DNA of 25,521 nt. It comes from Campylobacterota bacterium (GTDB taxonomy: Bacteria > Campylobacterota > Campylobacteria > Campylobacterales > Sulfurovaceae). Of the stretch, positions 25,390 to 25,521 are shown piece by piece; the first letter of the stretch is position 1, and each line of letters starts with the position of its first letter. The stretch is taken from NCBI GenBank assembly GCA_034722955.1, contig JAYEOM010000007.1, forward strand, positions 1-25,521, in the 5' to 3' direction. The notes under the pieces were generated by a model that searched no databases, was not told where the DNA came from, and saw only the letters and a program-made list of their open reading frames with translations. The position numbers and the translations under genes are program-made.

Positions 25390-25521
25390 CTACTTATAAT
25401 GATTTGTAAAAGCTACTATCTCTATAGTATCGGTATCAACATAGATAAAAATAGCTCTATACTTTTTGTCTAATCTAAATGAGTAAACCAATCTATCTTT
25501 AGGTTCTAAAAGTTCAGTATT
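25390..25521 (-). CDS. C-terminal part of a RelE/ParE-superfamily (HigB/YoeB-like) toxin; partial at window edge
   Basis: Reads NTELLEPKDRLVYSFRLDKKYRAIFIYVDTDTIEIVAFTNHYK*, with the S-x-R-x4-YR-x2-F core and terminal HY typical of RelE-fold mRNases. Confidence 0.75.
   Translation of the reverse strand, partial: NTELLEPKDRLVYSFRLDKKYRAIFIYVDTDTIEIVAFTNHYK

Noticed and set aside
1..25521. CRISPR array, tRNA or rRNA genes
   Set aside because: No regularly spaced repeats or cloverleaf/rRNA signatures were seen in any intergenic region.

Overview
Mostly core chromosome of a chemolithoautotrophic Campylobacterota (Sulfurovum/Sulfurimonas-like, inferred from ATP citrate lyase aclBA, extended TGnTATAAT promoters and the rlmH-dksA-membrane protein-dus gene order). 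Minus strand: porin; ahpC-perR-rlmH-dksA-membrane protein-dusB-tauE-uvrA; gltB-gltD-methyltransferase-yaiI. Plus strand: pabA/trpG-rnhA-ArnT-like membrane protein; aclB-aclA. Both ends are accessory. The first 1 kb holds decayed gene fragments missed by the ORF track: a SIR2-domain gene cut at its GAGFS motif by a 242-bp element with 31-bp terminal inverted repeats around a broken RAYT-like HUH transposase start, plus RhuM-like, antitoxin-like and AAA-ATPase-like fragments. A methyltransferase bracketed by 12-bp direct repeats follows. The right end has a RelE/HigB-like toxin directly upstream of a frameshifted livM. Other notable items: a 160-bp palindromic MITE with TTA duplication upstream of gltB, a shared GGGG-(n)-GTAG motif at several mobile-DNA junctions, an RNase HI with an unusual N-terminal domain, two likely non-canonical start codons, and a possible Tyr/Phe micro-leader peptide upstream of pabA/trpG. 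All family calls come from motif recognition by eye; no searches were run.
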